Source of the DNA: a virus
Taxonomy: Duplodnaviria; Heunggongvirae; Uroviricota; Caudoviricetes
Virus record (IMG/VR): IMGVR_UViG_2698536518_000010
Length of the DNA stretch: 20,335 bases
Direction: 5' to 3' (one strand)
In this document: positions 15,812 through 20,335 of the stretch, in pieces
Layout: every line of letters starts with the position of its first letter
Numbering within the stretch: position 1 is the stretch's first letter
Translations under genes and position numbers: made by a program
The notes under the pieces: model-generated
The model's input: only the letters and a program-made list of their open reading frames with translations
Database searches by the model: none
Told to the model about the DNA's origin: nothing

Positions 15812-15852
15812 CAACCGCAGCACGTTCTTGCATACGACGTGGCTGCGGTTTC
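15812..15852. repeat. About 40-bp imperfect-hairpin element, copy A (homologous to 19744-19786)
   Basis: AACCGCAGCACGTTCTTGCATACGACGTGGCTGCGGTTTCA versus AACCGCAGCACGATCTTCTTGCATACGACGTGCTACGGTTTCA. Contains inverted arms GCAGCACG/CGTGGCTGC. Confidence 0.6.
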
Positions 15853-16000
15853 AACTCCCGCCAGCTCCACCAATCATGATTGGACGGTGTAAGGACAACA
15901 CCAACAAAAACAGGAAGTTAGCAGTCTCAGCAGGACACCGACCAGACGGTGAGGAGACAAAAAAGGATACGCAAAGGAGCCGCGGCTCCCGAGTGACACA

Positions 16001-16030
16001 AAAGCCCGCTTATGCGGGCTTTTTGTTTTT
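16001..16030 (+). terminator. Rho-independent terminator (plus strand)
   Basis: Stem AAAGCCCGC/GCGGGCTTT with TTAT loop followed by TTGTTTTT. A second palindrome GGAGCCGCGGCTCC lies at 15976-15990. Confidence 0.6.
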
Positions 16031-16106
16031 CCCTTAAGTTCCTAGCCGCTTATCTATAACTATGGAAAAATGTTAACCCTGACTGTATGCTAACAAAGGG
16101 ATGTAT

Positions 16107-17315
16107 ATGTCGGTTTTTCATAACTGGCTGCTTGATATCGCAAGCGGGAATTACTTTATCTACATCAAACGCCTTTCTGCAAACGACACTGGCGCAACAG
16201 GTGGCCATCAGGTCGGACTTTATATCCCCTCAAATATCGTTGAAAAGCTTTTTCCATCTATCAATCATACTCGCGAACTGAACCCTTCAGTCTTCCTTAC
16301 TGCGCATGTATCATCCCATGATTGCCCTGATACCCAAGCACGCGCAATTTATTACAACAACCGTTATTTTGGTAAGACCCGAAACGAAAAAAGAATTACG
16401 CGCTGGGGGAGAGGAAGTCCATTACAGAACCCTGAAAATACAGGAGCTCTCACAATTCTTGCTTTCAGGTTAAACGAACAGAACACTGACTGTTCCGAGG
16501 TAGATATATGGGTCTGCGTCAATCCCGATGAAGAGGATATCATCGAGTCTGCTATTGGCGAAATCATACCTGGAACCCTAATTTCCGGCCCTGCCGGACA
16601 AATTTTGGGCGGATTATCTCTTCAGCAAACTCCAGTAAATCATAAATATGTTATTCCTGAAGACTGGAAGAAGCGTTTTCCTTCTGGAAACGAAATTATT
16701 CAATATGCTGCTGGCCATTATGCTAAAAACTCCAAGGATCCAGATGAGCAACTGATTGACCGTCGGCGTGTCGAGTATGATATTTTTCTACTCGTCGAGG
16801 AATTACATGTTCTTGATATTATTAAGAAAGGATTCGATTCTGTAGATGAGTTTATTGCATTAGCCAACTCTGTCAGTAATCGACGTAAATCAAGGGCAGG
16901 CAAATCACTTGAACTTCACCTAGAGAAGCTTTTTATCGAGCACGGACTACGGCATTTCTCCACTCAGGCAGTTACTGAAGGTAATAAAAAACCAGATTTC
17001 CTGTTTCCTTCAGCAGAGGCATATCATAACGTTGAATTTCCTGTAGAAAACTTACGTATGCTGGCAGTAAAGACCACCTGCAAAGATCGCTGGCGTCAGA
17101 TACTGAATGAAGCAGATAAAATCCATCAGGTACATTTATTTACACTGCAAGAAGGTGTTTCTTCAGCACAATACCGAGAAATGAAAGATGCGGGTGTCAG
17201 ACTCGTTGTACCATCAACTTTACATAAAAAATACCCAGAAGCAGTTAGAGAAGAATTAATAACGCTCGGAGCATTCATTACTGAGCTGATAGAGCTTTAC
17301 GCTGAACTATCATAG
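16107..17315 (+). CDS. Type II restriction endonuclease, EcoRII family (expected CCWGG specificity)
   Basis: Protein closely resembles EcoRII as I recall it across its length (MSVFHNWLLDI..., RLSANDTGATGGHQVGLYIP, ...KTTCKDRWRQILNEADKIHQVHLFTLQEG). AAAGGG Shine-Dalgarno supports the ATG at 16107 over the ORF-track 16101. Confidence 0.85.
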   Translation: MSVFHNWLLDIASGNYFIYIKRLSANDTGATGGHQVGLYIPSNIVEKLFPSINHTRELNPSVFLTAHVSSHDCPDTQARAIYYNNRYFGKTRNEKRITRWGRGSPLQNPENTGALTILAFRLNEQNTDCSEVDIWVCVNPDEEDIIESAIGEIIPGTLISGPAGQILGGLSLQQTPVNHKYVIPEDWKKRFPSGNEIIQYAAGHYAKNSKDPDEQLIDRRRVEYDIFLLVEELHVLDIIKKGFDSVDEFIALANSVSNRRKSRAGKSLELHLEKLFIEHGLRHFSTQAVTEGNKKPDFLFPSAEAYHNVEFPVENLRMLAVKTTCKDRWRQILNEADKIHQVHLFTLQEGVSSAQYREMKDAGVRLVVPSTLHKKYPEAVREELITLGAFITELIELYAELS

Positions 17316-17320
17316 GCTGA

Positions 17321-17343
17321 CTCCCGGCTTAAAAGGCCGGGAG
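17321..17343. terminator. Hairpin between the convergent R and M genes (CTCCCGGC-TTAAAAG-GCCGGGAG)
   Basis: Perfect 8-bp stem read directly. No flanking U-tract, so terminator function is inferred only from position. Confidence 0.4.
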
Positions 17344-17349
17344 GTGTTC

Positions 17350-18783
17350 TCAAGGCTGCCCAGTCTTACCAGCATCAGCAGAAACAGCTTTGAGGATATA
17401 GGGTTCCAGAAGTCTGGCAACAGCTTCAAATACTGGCACCACAACTGAGTTACCGAACTGCCGATATGACTGAGTATCTGAAACCGGAATACGGAATGGT
17501 TTCCCTCCAGGTTTTTCAAATCCCATAAGGCGTGCGCACTCTCGGGGAGTCAGCCTGCGTGGTCGACGAGCCTGATTACTCTCATTCATAAAGTCAGCCT
17601 CTCCCGTTGCCATATCCCAACCACGATCAATAAGAATTTCTGATCCGTCTTTGTGATATCTGGCAGAAAGTGTGCGTGCAATGCTTTCCTTATTCTCAGG
17701 ATTGACCAACCCAAAGCCAAAACCATTCCCCTTGGCTGCATGCTTTTTGGCGTAGTTATAAAGGTACTCCCATAGTTTTGGCGTAAGTATATATTTACTG
17801 TCGACTACAGGCTCCAGCAATTCACCAAATGATGGGCGGTGTTCCGGATAAAAACGACTGATATCACGCAAGGTAAACCCCTTGTGAATATTCAGATCTC
17901 GTCTAAATCCGACCAGAACAATGCGTTCACGATGCTGAGGCAAAAAATGCTTCCCATCGATAATCTTTGGATCGTTTTTTCCCATTTCTGCAGCATCGGC
18001 AACTTCGTAGCCCAGCTCGTCAAGGGTCTCCATAATGACTTTGAAAGTTTTACCCTTATCATGGCTCTTCAGATTTTTGACATTTTCCAGCACAAAAATT
18101 GCCGGTTTTTTTGCTCGTATAATACGTGCCACGTCAAAAAAAAGTGTTCCTTGTGCTTCACATTCAAAACCATGCGCACGGCCAAGTGAGTTTTTCTTAC
18201 TAACACCAGCAAGACTAAATGGCTGGCACGGGAACCCCGCAAGAAGCACATCATGATCCGGCACATGCTCATCAATATATGCATAAGCATCCGTTTCCAA
18301 TACATCGGTTTTATCACTCAACGTGACTTCCCGAATATCGAGATTGAATTTATGCACCTGTTCATCGTTAAACCAGTTGGCCTTGTATGTACGCACAGCA
18401 TCTTTATTCCATTCACTGGTAAAAACACACTGGCCTCCAATAGCCTCAAAACCTTTTCGTATCCCTCCAATTCCAGCAAATAAGTCAATGAAGCGGAAAG
18501 CATATTCCGGATGGTTTGCAGGTGGTTCTGGTAGCATCTTACGCAGAAGAGACTCTTCTACTGACGTCAACGATTTTGGTAAACACTTGCCATTAATCCA
18601 GCGGTTAATGGTTTCACGGCTCCACTCATTTTTTCCGACTTTTCTCAGTAATTCAGCCACATACTTCTGATCATAGATTTCCAGCACTTTCTCGATAAGC
18701 TTTTTATCATTTTCCTGTCGCAGCTTTTCTTCCGCCTCGGCTTCCTTCAGCAGATGCTGTGCCAACACTTCAAATTCAGACAT
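17350..18783 (-). CDS. DNA cytosine-5 methyltransferase, Dcm/M.EcoRII family
   Basis: Motifs [10 protein letters not shown] (I), GFPCQPFS (IV), ENVKNL (VI), QFGNSV (X). High similarity by recollection to E. coli Dcm. GGAGG Shine-Dalgarno supports the ATG at 18783 (477 aa) over the ORF-track 18825. Confidence 0.9.
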   Translation of the reverse strand: MSEFEVLAQHLLKEAEAEEKLRQENDKKLIEKVLEIYDQKYVAELLRKVGKNEWSRETINRWINGKCLPKSLTSVEESLLRKMLPEPPANHPEYAFRFIDLFAGIGGIRKGFEAIGGQCVFTSEWNKDAVRTYKANWFNDEQVHKFNLDIREVTLSDKTDVLETDAYAYIDEHVPDHDVLLAGFPCQPFSLAGVSKKNSLGRAHGFECEAQGTLFFDVARIIRAKKPAIFVLENVKNLKSHDKGKTFKVIMETLDELGYEVADAAEMGKNDPKIIDGKHFLPQHRERIVLVGFRRDLNIHKGFTLRDISRFYPEHRPSFGELLEPVVDSKYILTPKLWEYLYNYAKKHAAKGNGFGFGLVNPENKESIARTLSARYHKDGSEILIDRGWDMATGEADFMNESNQARRPRRLTPRECARLMGFEKPGGKPFRIPVSDTQSYRQFGNSVVVPVFEAVARLLEPYILKAVSADAGKTGQP

Positions 18784-19200
18784 AATTCCTCCAAGGGGTC
18801 TAATGGGTGAAACTCTATCACTCATTCAACCCAGAAGGAAATGTTTTGTCTGGATATTTAAACAGTGACTACAACGTAATCTAGCACTAGTGATGCTTTG
18901 TTAGGCATAGAGAATCATTCTATATACGACTAATGACAGAAAAACAGCAGACAAGTAGTTTGCTCATAAATTAACGCATACTACGTGCCTACGGTTTTCG
19001 AGACCGGTCCAATCATCAAACGAAACATAAAATTAATTCACACTATGAGGAAAAGTATCTTTTTTTACTATGTAAATTCAAAGGATTAGCCTCATTTACC
19101 CGATAGTTTTCTCAACACTACTGGTTGTGAGCCCTTGCAATGTTCATTAATATACGTCTCACAAATAATTCATAGATATTGCAAAATGGATATTACTGAG

Positions 19201-19518
19201 TTNNNNNNNNNNNNNNNNNNNNNNNNNNNNNNNNNNNNNNNNNNNNNNNNNNNNNNNNNNNNNNNNNNNNNNNNNNNNNNNNNNNNNNNNNNNNNNNNNN
19301 NNNNNNNNNNNNNNNNNNNNNNNNNNNNNNNNNNNNNNNNNNNNNNNNNNNNNNNNNNNNNNNNNNNNNNNNNNNNNNNNNNNNNNNNNNNNNNNNNNNN
19401 NNNNNNNNNNNNNNNNNNNNNNNNNNNNNNNNNNNNNNNNNNNNNNNNNNNNNNNNNNNNNNNNNNNNNNNNNNNNNNNNNNNNNNNNNNNNNNNNNNNN
19501 NNNNNNNNNNNNNNNNNN
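19201..19518. other. Run of 318 N (assembly gap or masked sequence)
   Basis: Read directly. ORF-track frames 19135-19536 and 19159-19524 are poly-X artefacts. Confidence 0.95.
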
Positions 19519-19723
<205 letters not shown>

Positions 19724-19743
19724 GTCTTTAAGTGATAAGCATA

Positions 19744-19786
19744 AACCGCAGCACGATCTTCTTGCATACGACGTGCTACGGTTTCA
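19744..19786. repeat. About 40-bp imperfect-hairpin element, copy B, abutting the invertase stop codon
   Basis: See copy A. Homology ends at the invertase stop codon (tca at 19784-19786). Confidence 0.6.
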
Positions 19787-20335
19787 TTTATCTCCGACCG
19801 GAAACTTCTTATACAGTGTCGATATACCAACATCATAGATGATCGCCACCTTCTGGCGAGGAACGCCTGATGCAATTAATCGTCCGGCCTGCTCCCATTG
19901 TTCTGGTGTAAGTTTGGGGCGACGTCCACCAATTCGTCCCTGTGCGCGAGCTGCTTCCAGTCCAGCTTTTGTTCGTTCAACAATCAGTTCACGCTCCATT
20001 TCAGCCAGGGCACCCATCACATGAAAGAAAAAGCGCCCCATTGGGGTACTGGTATCAATAGCATCCGTCAGGCTGCGAAAATTAACGCCACGTTCGCGCA
20101 ACTCCTCAACCAGAATGACCAGATGCCGCATACTGCGCCCCAGCCGATCCAGTTTCCAGACAACCAGAGTGTCACCTGCCGATAATGTCCTGAGCAGTTT
20201 TTTCAGTCCCGGCCTTTCGGACTTTGTACCGCTTATCTTGTCTTCAAAAATCAGCTCGCATCCTGCACAGTTCAGCGCATTACGTTGTAGATCTGTGTTC
20301 TGGTCATTTGTTGACACACGTACATAGCCAATAAG
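19784..20335 (-). CDS. pin: Serine recombinase, Hin/Gin/Pin-family DNA invertase (5' end cut by window edge; GTG at 20317 is internal)
   Basis: Frame stays open to the window edge and encodes LIGYVRVSTNDQ (catalytic Ser region) upstream of the ORF-track start. C-terminal HTH (VAIIYDVGISTLYKK). Strong recalled similarity to Gin/Pin. Confidence 0.88.
   Translation of the reverse strand, partial: LIGYVRVSTNDQNTDLQRNALNCAGCELIFEDKISGTKSERPGLKKLLRTLSAGDTLVVWKLDRLGRSMRHLVILVEELRERGVNFRSLTDAIDTSTPMGRFFFHVMGALAEMERELIVERTKAGLEAARAQGRIGGRRPKLTPEQWEQAGRLIASGVPRQKVAIIYDVGISTLYKKFPVGDK

Noticed and set aside
15717-16037. ORF 15717-16037 (+), 106 aa
   Set aside because: GTG start without Shine-Dalgarno, Pro/Arg/Ser-rich translation, and it covers a repeat element and two hairpins. 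More likely non-coding (possible sRNA region).
17310-17519. ORF 17310-17519 (-) as a Vsr-like repair gene downstream of the methyltransferase
   Set aside because: It lies within the methyltransferase C-terminal coding region in another frame, is only 69 aa and shows no Vsr-like motifs.

Overview
Read by eye from the sequence and the ORF track; no searches were run, so every family assignment rests on motifs and recalled similarity. The window looks like an Enterobacteriaceae (E. coli-like) chromosomal accessory region with three parts. (1) Positions 1 to about 15454 are an integrative, phage-satellite-like island read on the minus strand: a P4-type tyrosine integrase (14028-15242) beside a 46-nt 3' fragment of tRNA-Thr(CGU) (15409-15454), a 267-aa unknown protein, an AlpA/Vis-type regulator, an antirepressor-like protein, a regulatory hub with three GTGTTGAACAC palindromes (10799-10853), a tightly overlapping operon of small genes ending in a P4 alpha-like primase/helicase (7408-9213), an iteron-rich origin-like region (7046-7380), then ProQ/FinO-like, PerC-like, lipoprotein, small membrane protein and HTH protein genes. 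At the distal end sits an AT-rich, translationally coupled two-gene cassette (1-2420: 229-aa unknown protein plus 576-aa P-loop NTPase with a zinc ribbon). I cannot assign it to a named family; it is my best candidate for an undescribed antiphage module. The second island boundary is not in the window. (2) Positions 16107-18783 encode an EcoRII-family restriction-modification pair (convergent endonuclease and Dcm-like m5C methyltransferase). (3) After a 318-nt N-run (19201-19518) comes a Hin/Gin/Pin-family DNA invertase gene running off the window edge. No CRISPR array, rRNA or complete tRNA was seen.
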